A stretch of DNA of 45,718 bases, the filler included, from Sphacelaria rigidula (lineage: Eukaryota), in the NCBI GenBank assembly GCA_964200075.2. It is 2 parts of 2 records of this genome, joined end to end, with 100 filler letters (N's around TTAATTAATTAA, not from the genome) between each part and the next. Parts side by side here need not be neighbours in the genome. Positions count along the whole stretch, not along the records: positions 22,921 to 45,718 come from CAXNAA020000308.1; 1 more part is not named here. One strand, written 5' to 3'. The notes under the pieces are model-generated. The model did no database searches and was not told the DNA's origin. It worked only from the letters and a program-made list of their open reading frames with translations. How positions within the stretch are numbered: position 1 is the stretch's first letter; the number at the start of each line of letters is the position of its first letter. The position numbers and the translations under genes are program-made. Shown here in pieces: positions 23,393-36,600 of this stretch.

Positions 23393-23899
23393 CTTTGGCA
23401 GTCATTGAGATTCAAGATGGAAATACTTTTTTTTTATTCACCATCATTGCCCGCTGCGGAGGTTTTCAAGCAGTGCCGCTTGTTCCTGATTGCCGCTACC
23501 AGAGGTTTTGTCGTTGGGCATTTGCACATTCGTTTCCGGTTGTTCATAGCCGTTCGACGGTTTTCACCGTACGTGTTTTTTGCCGCAGGCGTATGTGCTG
23601 TGTCCCTTATACTTCTGCGTTGGGAGGAAATGGAACAATCACCATCTTATTACACGTGCGACCAAAATGCGAACACGCCAGTCAATAGTCTTTACCAAGT
23701 CTCCGAGTATCAACGCATGGGTATCTCTCGTTTGCTCTACGGTATACGTACATAGGTATCCAGAGCGTCAGATATCTCGAGGACAACGCCCCACACTTTT
23801 GTGAGGTTGTGAACATGTGCAATCGTCTCCATACGTTGCGCATGCGTTGGACAACCTCACAACAGCGTCCCAGTACCTTGCACATGCCTTGACAACGTG

Positions 23900-25896
23900 A
23901 CCGAACCGTAGAGCATCGTAATATCCGCCTCAAGGCGCCCCCCTGCCTACCTGTGTGCATTGACTCACGGATTGCTGCCAAGTTCTTCTCGATCTATTTC
24001 CCGTTCTTGGCCTTTGGTAGACGCAGCTCGCATGCTTCCGGCTTCGCTTGGCGGGGGACCTATATGCCGAGATTCGCGTCGACGGGAGTGGGGGAGTACC
24101 TCGTCATGTCCCCTTGGTTTGCTGTCGCCATTCATCGTGGATACCCAAGAGTTTTACCGACACTAAGAAAAGTGGCGAATAGTTCGTATTCCAGCATTTA
24201 GTGAAGGCAGAACCGGGTGCCATCTACACATGGTGCATGAGGAAGAGCTTGCTAGATCGGTCGCAAGAGACGCATCCTACAATAGGGAGTCGCGCTGTTT
24301 GTTCCTGAGCTTCACATCCGAACAAAAGTACAGTACCCATCTCTCGGTTTCATGCCGTTCAGTCACTTGATGCCCGGATTCGCCTTTTGTTGATCGGAGC
24401 TGTCTACCAAGAGCTTTCGAGGGTATCATCAACTTTTGCGGGGGAAGAAGTAGGGCAAACAAACACATTCGCAATGTTGCCGGCTCGTGCGAGACGAATC
24501 GTGAGTCGTTCAACCGATGACGTGTATACAAAGACAGGGAGTGCGTGTGTTCGATTGCACGAACCAAAGGATGAAACGGGTCATCAACACAATCCGAGAT
24601 ATGAGCTTGTGTGTAGGTGGGGAGGTTCTAATGCTGTGTGAATGCGAATGTCACGTGTATGTTCGGAGCATTCAAGCCAAATTCGCTGCCTGCCTCGATG
24701 GTTGAAAATGACCCCTGTGTACAAGGAATGGTTCCAAGTCCCCCTTCCGTCTCCCGTGTAATGTAGTCCGGTCCGGCGAAACCTCGGCGTGCTGCGTCCC
24801 GGTTTGTAGGGACGGACCCCCTATGGGGTTGGCGTCGGTTGGCAATGATACTGTAAAACACGCCACTCTCTGCGTAAGCTAGGCTACCGGGTTACCGGTG
24901 GTGTTTGCGCGCTTGCGTTTGTTTTCGCGGTAAGCAGGATGGTGGCCGAGCTAGATCATATTGAACGGGGTGGAGGAACCTCGGTTCCGCGCAGAAGGGA
25001 ATGATCATAATACGTAGTGTTTGAGTGGTGAGACACCCATGAGGCAGTGTGTAAGCCGTGGCTCTCTCTGGCAGTGACGATACTAGAAAATGAAGTAAGT
25101 CATTGGAGGATGCCATCCGAATGTAAGAAAATCAGTGCGCTCCGGAGCTGTCTCCCGTGTAATGTAGCCCGGTCCGGCGAAACCTCGGCGTGCTCCGTCC
25201 TGGCTTTGTAGGGACGGACCCCCTATGAGGTTGGCGTCGGTTGGCAATGACACTGTAAAACATGCCACTCACTGCGTAAGCTAGGCAACCAGGTTACCGT
25301 GTTTTTTTGCGCGCTTGCATTTTTTTTTACGGTAACCATGATGTTGGTCGAGCTAGATCATGTTGTGTGGCGTGGGAGAACCTCAAATCCGCACAATCGT
25401 GATGGTCGTACGGCGTAGTGTTTGAATGGTTAGACACCCATGAGGCAGTGTATAAGCCGTGGCTGTCTCTGGAAGTGTCAATACCAGAAATAAAGCAACT
25501 GAACTCATTGTAAGCTGTCATCCGACTGCAAGATAATCAGTAGGCTTGGGGCCGAACAGTCTTAGCAGGATGCAGCTCACCCTTCATGCGACTCGCCGAA
25601 CACATCATGGCGCTTCGCGCTTGGTGATTGCTTGCGAGCCTGGTCCGGCGAAATCTCGGCGTGCTCCGTCCCGGCTTCGCCGGGTGCGAGGTCAATGATC
25701 ATATGACTATGGCATGCAAGTTCATCAGTACATCAGTGTAATGTATGGAAGAAACGTGATGAGCGCCCAAATATTGGAGGTTGGAGATGTCTCTATCAGG
25801 AGTAGGAACAATGCTCCGTCTCGCAAGGGATGCGTGGTCAATGATCACACGACTAAGGGAAGTAAAAAAAATGCGTACGCCCCCCCCTCCCCCCCC
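23900..25896 (+). mobile_element. Highly decayed putative non-LTR retroelement, 3' half
   Basis: Ends in the repeated terminus plus C-rich tract at 25813-25896. The fragment ARMLPASLGGG (~24030) loosely recalls the LPxxxGGLG motif downstream of the RT in restriction-like-endonuclease LINEs. Boundaries and clade are inference. Confidence 0.35.
24749..25545. repeat. Diverged tandem duplication with a ~401-bp unit, plus a partial third copy at 25642-25676
   Basis: GTCTCCCGTGTAATGTAG.CCGGTCCGGCGAAACCTCGGCGTGCT starts at 24749 and 25150; the units align through GACACCCATGAGGCAGTGT to CATCCGA.TG.AAGA.AATCAGT. Confidence 0.93.
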
Positions 25897-25915
25897 GTTA
25901 TCCTCGGATTATCCC

Positions 25916-26721
25916 CAGGGGTTTTTATTGAAAAAATATATGACGGAAAAAAGATGGGGCGGGACGGGTTTCCTTGTTCCGTCCCGACGTTTTCCCAGGG
26001 GCGCACATACTGCCCCGTCTCAACATATCCCCAAATTTCCCGTTGCGTCTCGTTATCGTTTGGCAATGCAAAATTTTCCGCCCCGTCCCGTCCTGACCCC
26101 GTCCTGGTTTCTCCAGTTCCCCTCCCGTCCTCACTGGACGCTAGTGACTGTTTCTAGTCATATTTCACCTGGTATCTCGTCCCATGCCACGGCAAGTGTC
26201 GTCGGTAAAACGGACAATATCGCTCAATCTCACGGGAAATTGAAGATCTCTTGGGGTATATTGGGATCATTACCACAAGTGAGTCACGTATCTTGCAAAG
26301 ACAAATCACTGCAATGCTTTTCGTTCGTCGATGCGTGAAGACCTCGCTTTCATAAAATCTGCTCACAGCGCGTATTTTGCGAGGTTAGGGCACACATTTC
26401 CCTCGACGATAGGACGGGCTGGATGAGAATCTCCGGGGACGGTCTTCATTTCCCGTGAAGACGAGATGGAACGGGATGGGAATTTCCCGGCAATACCCAC
26501 TCCTTCCCATCCCATTCCATTCCGTTCCGTTCCGTCCCGTCCCGTCCCTACACCCAGCTTCCTATTCCGTAGTGTTTTCAGGGGCATCCTTTCCGTCTCG
26601 AATCGTCCCTTCAAGACATATCCCCATATTTCCTGTCCCGCCCCTCTTTTTTTGTTGGTAACAGGAAAATTTCCCATTCCGTTCCGTCCCTTCGCGTCAC
26701 GTTTTCAGGTGAAAAGCCCTG
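25916..26721. mobile_element. Non-autonomous DNA transposon (MITE-like; hAT-like CAGGG...CCCTG ends) with many CCCGT/CCGTT motifs
   Basis: Left end CAGGGGTTTTTATTGAAAA; right end reverse complement CAGGGCTTTTCACCTGAAAA. Flanks GATTATCCC / GACTACCCC match at 7 of 9 positions (decayed TSD). CCCGT motifs occur in both orientations; ACATATCCCCA.ATTTCC is repeated internally. Confidence 0.7.
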
Positions 26722-26919
26722 GACTACCCCCTCGTCGTCGTTTGCACGATGAGATTTTTCGACGTGCGCCGCAATTCGAAGACAATTCAAACACCGTCTG
26801 TTTTGTTGACAAACGACAACTGATTCACCAATCTGCAAGTGTGCAGCAGTAATACTGTAGACGTACCCGCACGCCTGATATCTCTATCGTCTTTCGTGGG
26901 AAGAACGGTGCCCCCACTG

Positions 26920-27240
26920 ATTGACCGATTGATTGATTGATTGATTCATTGTCGCACATTAAGTGACCGCTGAGGGATCCAGCCGTTGTCATCATCCACA
27001 CCGTAGACATATATCCAAGGCAGACGAAGCGGAAATACTCGCAAAAGGAAACTCGACAGAGAACGAAGACGAAAGGACGAAGATAGGTCGAACGTAATAA
27101 ACCGAACGAAAACAAGATACAAGGAAGGCAGACTCGAAGCAAAAAAAAAGAACAAGGGGAAAGGAGAGGAGAACAAGAGTACGAGGAATATTCTTTTACT
27201 CGTTACGGCGATGAAGACAAAACACGCGTACGGTAGTGCT
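26920..27240 (-). mobile_element. Probable LINE 3' UTR fragment with a (TCAA)n tail
   Basis: (GATT)n at 26927-26946 abuts a stretch that is strongly T/C-rich on the minus strand. Microsatellite tails are typical of RTE-type elements. Confidence 0.45.
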
Positions 27241-27332
27241 GCCCTCAACTCTTTTTTTGGGAGCAATGTTGTCTCACACGTTCTCGAGTCTCACAGCGTA
27301 ATATGGCTACCTACACCACCATCCATACGCAC

Positions 27333-27484
27333 CTGTGAAGGGTGCCTACCTTCTTCGTCGGTCGTCGCGGAAGAGCGCCCCGCATTTTCAGAGACAGACA
27401 CACTGTCTTCTTCTTGGTCCTTTTGGTCTCCGTCGAGGACGTCCCGGCCACCACTGCTATCGTCCCCGTAGTCAAAGTCTGCGA
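27333..27484 (-). CDS. Gene B candidate exon (ADFDYGDDSSGGRDVLDGDQKDQEEDSVSVSENAGRSSATTDEEGRHPSQ)
   Basis: Acidic low-complexity frame, CAG|gtgcgt donor, tttcacag acceptor; the 5' boundary is uncertain. Confidence 0.45.
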
Positions 27485-30400
27485 CTGTGAAATGCCCCGG
27501 GGTACTCATTTCCGCGACCGGGTGATTCCACCGCACAAGGAGTGACACTATTTGCTAACCGCCGTCCAACAGCCAGGCGCTGTACCGCTCGCGGTGTTTG
27601 CTTGATCCGTAGATCTTTCGTTCGCTGTTTCTCTCGGCGTGAAGCTCACCAGGGGTTTCGAACGATGGGGTGCTTCACCGTGTCGGCCGTGATCATAAAT
27701 TCGGCCGACGTCTTTGCGTCGGATTCCAATATCACCATCAATCAAGAGGAAACGTGGCCCGGCTCATGACTTGACTCTAACGCTATCTTGACCATCGACT
27801 CGTCCAACTAGTCGCGTCAGGAGACCAACTACTGTCTCTCCAGTGATGAAAATGGAGCTGTTGAAGCCAGTCAGGCATTTAATGCTATCAGCTACTTCCC
27901 ATCCGACAATACAGCACACTCTAGGTCGCCTTGTCGATCCACGAAACGGCGTGCTTCCCGCCGGCCCCGAACTTCGATGTGCGGAAACCCAGGTCGGTCG
28001 CTCCCTCCCACTGGAAATGTACAGCTGCTTCCTGGTATGTAACGTCGTCCATTGGTGGGTACGTGTAGTATCAGAACCGCTTCAGCTGATGGTGAGGCGG
28101 GCACCATAGATGTGGCTGAATTTCGTTCTCAAACTACATGCAGATTTGGTCTCAATCGATCTTCTGCCTTGCGGCACGGTTACAATCGTAGGGTATAGTG
28201 CTAGATAAAGAGTAACAAGTGAAGTGAGGCGACAACATACACAGCGTGAAGCTCGGAGCTGCGCTGGAAAAACGAGCGTAGGTACATATAGGTAGTCACA
28301 CCTATAATTGGTGGTGCCGCTAGTTTATTGTCGATCAGTTACTAGCCCGCGAAATTCTACGATATATAGTGAGGTGTTCACTGACACTCTTGGATGGCGC
28401 GTGCGCGTCTGCAGTACAAGGGTCCTCGATATGCGGCACCAATCGATCGGGACTTGCCGGGTACTAGTATGATATACTATGCAGTACAAGTACAGAGGAA
28501 CACGAACACAAACACTTCATCCCCGTCCCATAGTCCTTGATGCGCGAGACCGGTTCAGCCTAATCACGTTTGGACGCGAAAGGTGCACAGCGTACAACCG
28601 CGGCCATTCAGGGTGTGCGCCGCTCTCTGTGCAAGCCGTATCCTTCGCGTGGAACGGTTTTACATGATCTTGGGGGCTTCATCCGTAATATGAATATTCG
28701 GCTGGATCCAACGGGACGTTCATCTGGGATCTTGCACTCATCTCGGATACCACACCAGGGGCATCCATTTCTTGCGAATACAGCACGACGTTCTATCTGC
28801 CTGCATCAGTCAAGATGTTCGTTCAGCCAGTTAAATCTGCGCTGTGTTCTACCAGTGAACGTTAGCCCACACGTTTGCCCACACAGTGCATGCACCTCGC
28901 GCAACCAGCGCACATTCGTACCCCGGATTTATGCCTAGCGACTGTACACGGTACGTTTCTCTACCGGCGCACGCTGGCCAGGTGTACGTCCTATTAATAG
29001 CAGCGCACACCGAGTGGTGCTTTTTCAAAGGACGCTGATCCACATGCATCATCACTACAGCAGCGTTCAAGTTGTCCAACAGGCTTGGGTCGGTGGTTCA
29101 ATCAGGGTTGGGAGGTGGGGGTTGGAATTAGGGCTCATGGTTTGGGGTTGTACTCAGGGCTGGGGGTTTGGGGTTGGGGTTGGCTTCCGTTTCAGAAGGA
29201 TCCTGCAGAAAAAAAAGACGAGCCGGTCTTGCTTGGGACCTGAGATATTCCATGTGGCTGTGTGGTCGGTCGTCCACATCCGACTGCGCCTCGAGTTGAG
29301 ACATCCCAGGCCCAACAGTCAATGAACATTCCACATGGATTTTATCCATGTCCCAAATGAAGGTCCTTAATGGCAACGATGCAGAACTAGGATATTATCC
29401 CCCAGATGGATATCCAACGTGCAGCTACGGATATCCAACGTGCATGTCCCAGATCACCCGCGTCCCAATGGGTTCCGATCACGAGTACGGCTTGATTACC
29501 ACATGTTTCATGTATCCCAATCATATAGAAATCCGCATCCTAGACAAAGATCCAACCTCTCAGATGCATCATCAGTAATTCGGACGGATGTCTTAGATGG
29601 ATATAATTACGGCTCGCTCATAAGAAACCGAAAGTCAGGCTCAGCCCGGGTTCGTTGTCTGATGCAAAGGTTAACTATGGTCTACTGCATAGAGCTTACA
29701 GTAGGCTAGCGGTTGTGACTGAAGTCGCACATTTCCGGTTGTTTCAGCCAGCCAGATTTTCTCATGAACAGGCCAGCCGCTGTACTACAGACTGTTCGGT
29801 ATCATCGCAGATCGGATGTCCGCCTAAAAAATGTACCTCACAACTACAGATCGATGTGAGACTCCAGATGAGCTTGCAAGATGTATATCCGTACTCCAGA
29901 CGAAGTTTACACGATAATGCAGAGCTCCCTCCTTGCGCGGGACATGTGGTGGACAGATATATACGACGAGGAGGTGATGTCAGAGGTTCGGCGCTCACTT
30001 GCAGTATAGTTTGTTGTCTTGTGCCGAGGCGAGTACAGAACCGGAGAGGATACGTACTCGTCCAGGAAACAGACAGCACGACACACATCCTTCGCGAATC
30101 TGCCCCGGCCACGTTAATTGATGTCGCCGGCGAAAATTCTGAGACCTTTCATTGAAGCCCAATTCTCGATTGAGATTGTGGGGGTTCCGTTTCCGCAGTA
30201 GGAAGAAGGTTGGAGGCAAGGAAAGTAGTGGCATGGGGTGTGCTGTACACCTCCGCTGTACTGTTGTATACTGTATTACCCCAAAACAGATGGATACAAC
30301 TCTTCACCCGACGTTGCCCACCTGTTGTGATCGTATATCGCCAGATGCTTGCAGTCTGCCCGTTCATTACCACAACAGCTTGAACAAAAATCTCTGCTTT

Positions 30401-31979
30401 CATATGGTGCTCGGCACGAGCTGGTGAGGTCGTCAGGACAAATCCTACGGCACGTTCCTTGCGGTACACTCTTGGATAGGCACTGCGCAGATTTTCTCAA
30501 CACCGTCCCAGCACACACCAATATCTTGGCTTCACTTCGGAGATTGCTGGCAAAAATCTGAAAACACACGAATGTCTGAAAAAGTGCTACTGCTCTAACG
30601 TGTCTGCTAGACAAAATTCGAGTAAATATCTAGGATTGGTGCGGTGTGGTACTTGGAACAAGACGCGAAACGATTTAGGTGCCAAAACGATATATCCGCA
30701 AAAACAGCTGTTTGTTTTTGTTTTCATACGAAAGGACATACAAAAGGAAAAGAACCGAGTCACTGCGGTGCGCACATCTCATCGCACATTAGTGCAGGGC
30801 AGGAAGAGGCAAAGCGCTACATCACGATTTATACCTTACAATCTACGTTCATCTTGTCTGTGCCATGGTTTTATAAGGGTTCCATCTCTCTGTGACCTTG
30901 CGTACGGCTACAGTATACCGTCGGCACAGTTTTTTATTCTAATTTACAAGAAGGGGGGAAGCTGAGAGGAAACAGGCGGATTGAATCGTCACGAAATGCA
31001 AGACCAGTCACAAGGCATAAATGCATCATGTTGTAGTACATACAATATACTAGAGGCAGTACAGTCAGTTCCAAACTCTGCTGCTACCTGTACACAGTCA
31101 GTAGTAACGAATCTGACATACTACAGTACTATACGACGCTAAATTTCCCTACAATCGATCTCTAAAGGTATGGAACCACAACCCCACACTATACTCAGAG
31201 TGAGCACAAAATACTTTGATGAATAAAAAAAAAATCCCTCGCGAAGAGTCGAGAGCAGGCCGTGAGGCAGGAATAGGTCACTTTGTCGCATAGACTGGAG
31301 CGACGCGAGGTCCCTGGCCCGCTCCGAGCGTCGGCCTAGGAGGGAGGGGCTTTCGCACGAGTGGAGAAACGGAGAGGAAGCGAGGATTCACGCCCGCATT
31401 TTACAGAGAGAGAGGGAGGGAGAGGGAGTTTGAGGGCAGTGGTGGAGGAAGAGAGACGCCGGCTTAATTCTTACACGGAATAGGACCGTTTGTTTTTCGT
31501 GAGGTTGGTGGGGTGCCAGGTCCTTGGAGCTGCCTCCCGGAAAAGCTTGTGTTTTATAGGCTGCTGTATAGTAGGGACGAGGACAGGGGGCACAAGAGGC
31601 GGGTGCTGTGGATAATTAAAGGTGAACAGACATTGACCGAGAGATACGTTTTGTCTTGGTGTTCACGGATTTCGGTGTATTTGTGTAGGTTTGCTCCTCG
31701 TCCCAAAGTGTCTCGCCTTACACTACAGCACTCTTTTTAGTCGGGAGTTTTCCCAAGATGTGGAATGTGACGCGTGAGACAACCGATGTGTGTCGAAAAA
31801 CATCATGGGCGCTTTTGCTTTTTGAAAAGCCCACGAAAAAATTGAAAATGTACAACCCACCGCCTGATTTTATCGTCCTACAGAACGCGGGCCGTTGTAT
31901 GTAGACAGGCTGCCGTCCTCCGTTTTCTGTATACCCTTGCAGATGCCCCCTTGTATGCCCACCGGTCTGCTATTTTGAC

Positions 31980-32070
31980 ATGGAGGACGCACAGACGGGG
32001 CCTGAAAAACCCCTCTCGTTTTACAATTACGATACTTCACAAAGAGTGTTACAAGAGCTCGTCAGGGCGG
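31980..32070 (+). CDS. Gene C candidate first coding exon (MEDAQTGPEKPLSFYNYDTSQRVLQELVRA)
   Basis: ATG at 31980 downstream of a ttgcag acceptor (~31942); G|gtcagc donor, phase 1. Confidence 0.4.
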
Positions 32071-32495
32071 GTCAGCAAGCATGCGCGAGAATGCGTGTGA
32101 ATCGAGTGTCATACGTTATTTTTCTTACCACAGCGAGTAAGAGCGCACAGCACAAAAATGTGCCAGACAGTTTCAATGGCAACGAATCGTGAACCCGGAA
32201 AGTGTTTTCATCGGCAGTTCGTGCGTTTCGCATCCGGATAGTGCTACGTTTCCGCTTGCTCGTTCGACGTTCGGGCAGTGTGCGTCCCACCATCTCCTTG
32301 TCTCTTTCCAATCCTCTGACATAGCGACCCTGGCGTGTTTTTTTTGTACTTGATTTTATTTTGTGCCTGATCTGGCCTGATGAAGATTGTGAGAGAACGC
32401 TGGCGATCTAGCCTCAAATCACAGTCTCTCGACGCGGGCGTACTACTTGTACTGTTGTTGAAAATTCATCCGTATATGAGAGTGGATGGGACGAC

Positions 32496-32496
<1 letters not shown>

Positions 32497-32544
<48 letters not shown>
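32497..32544. repeat. (AC)n microsatellite, ~24 units
   Basis: Directly visible. Confidence 0.98.
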
Positions 32545-32545
<1 letters not shown>

Positions 32546-32934
32546 ACACATACATCTTTCTCCATGTATCGGCCGTATTGTCGGACGAACTGTTCTGGCT
32601 CTTGTGTTTATATAACGAATGGACAATCTGCGCGCATGCGCAGAGGTAGCTTTGTCACGACCATGTTCCTCTACCCTACATATACATTACGATGGTAATC
32701 CGTTCGGGACTTATTTGAGTCGATTGTCAGCTAGTTTGACGTTGTCATTTTTGTTCAAACTGCGTACACGAATATGTCTGTGACGCCGCAATCATGTCCT
32801 GTCCCCTGCTTAAATCTTCGCTTAAATTCGCGCACAGCTTACCCCCGTCCCCCCTCTTTTTTGCTGCCCCCGGGCATCATCATTCCATCGGTCTCTATCG
32901 CAGCCTGATCATCTGCTGCGTTTTGTTGGCATAG

Positions 32935-32976
32935 GATATGTCGGACCCAACGCCCGCACCACAGGCAGACCAAACG
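32935..32976 (+). CDS. Gene C micro-exon (GYVGPNARTTGRPN in phase 1; DMSDPTPAPQADQT if phase 0)
   Basis: ttttgttggcatag acceptor, G|gtgagt donor, 42 nt. Confidence 0.55.
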
Positions 32977-33556
32977 GTGAGTACTATATGTATGGCCTGT
33001 CGGTAGCGCTATGATAATGAGAACAGTTCAAGAACAGTTATCGGGAGATTCAAATCACTGCGATCCTCCGCCTGAACACAGAGATGAGACCAGGCTACGA
33101 TTGAGATTCGTCTGGTGATTTGTACATCTTGAGTCGATCTTCTTTGCTTCATATGATGTCCCTCAGAAAGGGGTTGCTGCTTCCCCCCTCTCGAGATCAG
33201 GCTTTATACATGTCCCACTCTGGACCGAGAGAGTTTCTTGCATGTCATGTCTTTCGGTTATCTCCCTCCCTCCCTCCCTCATTTTTTTCGAGCGACATTG
33301 ACGTTACACTAGCCCAATCGTCCGAAGTATTTTTTCTGTTGATCGACAAGCGTCCATCGACAGTCGAGTTGTGTCGTATGTACTGTTGTTGTAGTCAACC
33401 TCGACCATTCTCCGCTTATTGCTGCTGCCATCATATTTGTTTCGCCTCCAGTGTTTGATACTGTTGTTCAGTTCCCGCCCCCTCCAGTCCGCGTCCATGA
33501 TCCCTCGGTGTATCTGTATTTGGCGGCATGTGTGTCCCGTTTTATTGATTTGCCAG

Positions 33557-33674
33557 ACGAAAGAAACGAATACAACCCCTCTGCCCTGGATACTAGCATG
33601 AAAAATACAAGATTGTGGCAACCACACTCTGCATCATCCTCGTTGACCCCGCGGTTGCATGGGCATGATTCCCA
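33557..33674 (+). CDS. Gene C exon (DERNEYNPSALDTSMKNTRLWQPHSASSSLTPRLHGHDS)
   Basis: ttttattgatttgccag acceptor, gtgagt donor; only the phase-1 frame is open, matching the two upstream exons. Confidence 0.5.
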
Positions 33675-36600
33675 GTGAGTTCCCTGAGGTCCCTAGGGTC
33701 CCTTGTTCCTTACAGACGGATGGAGCCCCGTTTCTTCGGATAGCTGAACATGCCGGGCGATTTTGTTGTCCGGCGAAATCATCTCCAAACGTTGACGGCT
33801 TTCCTGTTTTTGGAAGTAATCGCATACTTGACGAGTCGACTACGAAGTACTCAAAAAGATGAATAGTTCCGCTAATGTGGTTCCCTTATTCCATTGGGGT
33901 TGGTTTGTGCTCCAATGTAGATACAACAGTTGTCGAGATTCTCGTTTGATCTCTCGCCTGTCAACGAAACCAGAGACCTGAAGACCACTTGCTGTTTGAG
34001 TCTTCTTGCACCATCCGTAATGTACCTTGCATTCGTTGTCTGTACTGACTGCGGTGAAACCCAGTATATAATTGTTTCAGGTTCATTCAAAGATTTGATT
34101 GTCCGGCGTGATTTTTTTCCCGGCACTCTGCTCTCCGTTTCAATCCATGATACATTTGCAACAAGTACTTCCTGTCGGTGACTGTCGTCCGTGACGGTGA
34201 CTGTCGTCTGTCATATCTATTCCCAACAGCACGGTGCAGCAAACGAGTACTGTACATAACCCCGACGACGGTGCATGATCACACCCCTTGGCCTCCTCCA
34301 GTCCCGATAGTACCCTGTTTACCCTCCGAACGCTAGTGTGCACGCGGCATATGATTGTCCATTCATCGGTCTGATTTTGTGCGTGCTCATGCGCACCGCC
34401 GTAGCGGCCCGTTCATATAAGGCAAGGATACAATGAACTCGGGTTCATCATGAGAAAGGTTGAGTGTTCAGCCTCGGCGACTACCGCCAGACTGAATCCA
34501 TTACAGTTGGCCTTTTGCATCAGTAGGTTGGAGTGATCCTTACTTCAATTTTCTCGTGAGCGGGCCGCTTCCGTACATGACATTCAAAACTCGTTCGTAA
34601 TGATTCCCTGGACTTGTTATCGTTATGATATGGACGAACCGCTAGTGATGGACTGTGACCGTAGATCATTCAGGCGACGGTCCAACCCCAGAACGGGCAT
34701 GCCAAGCAAACCCTCTCGACTTGTGCGGTGAGACTGGAAAGTAACCAACCATGGACTATCATACATTCGTAGTAAGTAATTCTTTGTTAACCAGCGTGCC
34801 CAGCACATGAAATGTGCACGACGCTGTTGAGTTATTGTCACCGCCTCCCCCTCGAAGAACATCGCAGATGTTGTATGTGCATGCTTAATGCTCCCCTCGG
34901 CGAGCGTGCGCCTAGAGTCGGCTGAGTTGCTGGCGACAGAGTCAGCGAACTCAAAATTTGCATTGGGTACGTGGTTTCTATGCAAGTTTTGCTGTCCTGC
35001 TTGTCTCCCAGTACCGTTCAGTCCCGTACAACGCACGCTTTGAACCCCAATACAATTTCCTTGCTATTTGGAGCTCTTGTACCGCAATAACCCCCATTAT
35101 TTCGGGGCAGTGGCCATGGATAGGTCACACGGGGAAAATGAGGAGCATTTATGTATCACATGACGAAACTGTCGCAACAGTTTGTCGCCAGCCGTTTTCC
35201 CCAAACCGATTCAAAACTAAAAATCGGCAGAACGGCGGGAGGGGGGGCAATGAGGCTCGCACAAGCTTCGCAACCAACAACCCCTCCCCTGAGTTGAACC
35301 CTGGTTTGTGTCACTACTCGGCATTTTCCCCGGGGGTACGGTAGGTGCCACGTATGTCGTCTGTATTTTTACCTATCGTATCGCAAGAGGATTAAGTTTT
35401 TGTTGAAGAGTCGAAGAGAAAAGTAACAAAAAAATATAAGGGGCCCTACCAACTTCGGGCGATGTCCTCCTCTCGGGAACTCTCGAGAGTGAGGAAAACC
35501 CCAAAAGTGGTTGACGGGAATCCTTGTCTCTATTTTGTCAACTATTGCTAGTGTGTCCGATCGGCGAGCTCCTTCAACATCCAGGAATCGCTTGTGCGTG
35601 ATCAGCTCAAAACCGACGAGTTCTTGTATTTTTGTTCTCTCTCGAGCTGGCGGCCATAGATGTTCGGCCGGTTTGCACCACTTTTTTGTCGCACCGTCTA
35701 TAGTTCATCAAGAAACACACCGCATCGCGCGACAAAGCTGCAATTGTCAACAAAGGGTGGTACAGTATAGTATGAGAGGATAGGGTGCGTACTTGCTTCG
35801 TTTCGTCATCATCCATGATACAGTGCTCTCGGCATTCGATCGTAAAAATGTGTGGGGGCATGCAGGGTAGTCTGATCGCGGTTGCGGTCCACTTCATTTG
35901 TCAGCACCGCAGCACCAGCCGCCCCGGCAACGGCACTGACCGATCAAATGAGCCGCACCCGCGAGCGGGCTACCCCGCATGTCCCTCACGTTCTTCTTAT
36001 GGAGACTTCCCGAATCACGGAGCACAGTTTTATCAGAGCTCCTTTTTTATTTTTGTTTCATATATATTTTTTGTATTGGATTTTCGGAACAAGACCAAGC
36101 AGATTCCCTCATCTATCGTGTCACACCCTTTGAATGTCAATTACCTGCTTGCTGTACAAACGCATCACGGTACGGACCACAAGTAAGCCACTGCCCAAAA
36201 GTACGATATGTACTCCTCAACGTACTACACCGTACTGTGCAGGTAGTACAGTCCTGTACAGTTTGCACGTGCAGTCGAGGTCCCAGCAGTGTAGAGTGTG
36301 TGTGTCGCGGACGGCGTACGACTGTACTGTTGTGGGACCCTCCGTTCTATGCATTGTTACTGTACATCACCTGGTGTCGCCATATCCATCGTATCAGAGG
36401 GATATTCCCCCTTGAAAAGAGGGCACATCCCTCCCCCGCTTAGGCCCCACATGAGGGTTTGCCTCGGCTAGTGGGGGTGGTTACGGCCTCAAATTGGTTT
36501 AGCCCCTTAAAATATTCGCATTTTACCTTGGAATGAGGGAGGAAAGTGCGTTTGTTGCCTGAATACGTCATTGAGTATGACGGGGGGGTGGGGCGTATGA

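Noticed and set aside
29408..29444. Short direct repeats (GGATATCCAACGTGCA x2; also CTTAAAGTGCGTA x2 near 1095 and CGGTGACTGTCGTC x2 near 34176) as a CRISPR-like array
   Set aside because: Only two copies each with tiny or no spacers; ordinary slippage duplications in eukaryotic DNA.
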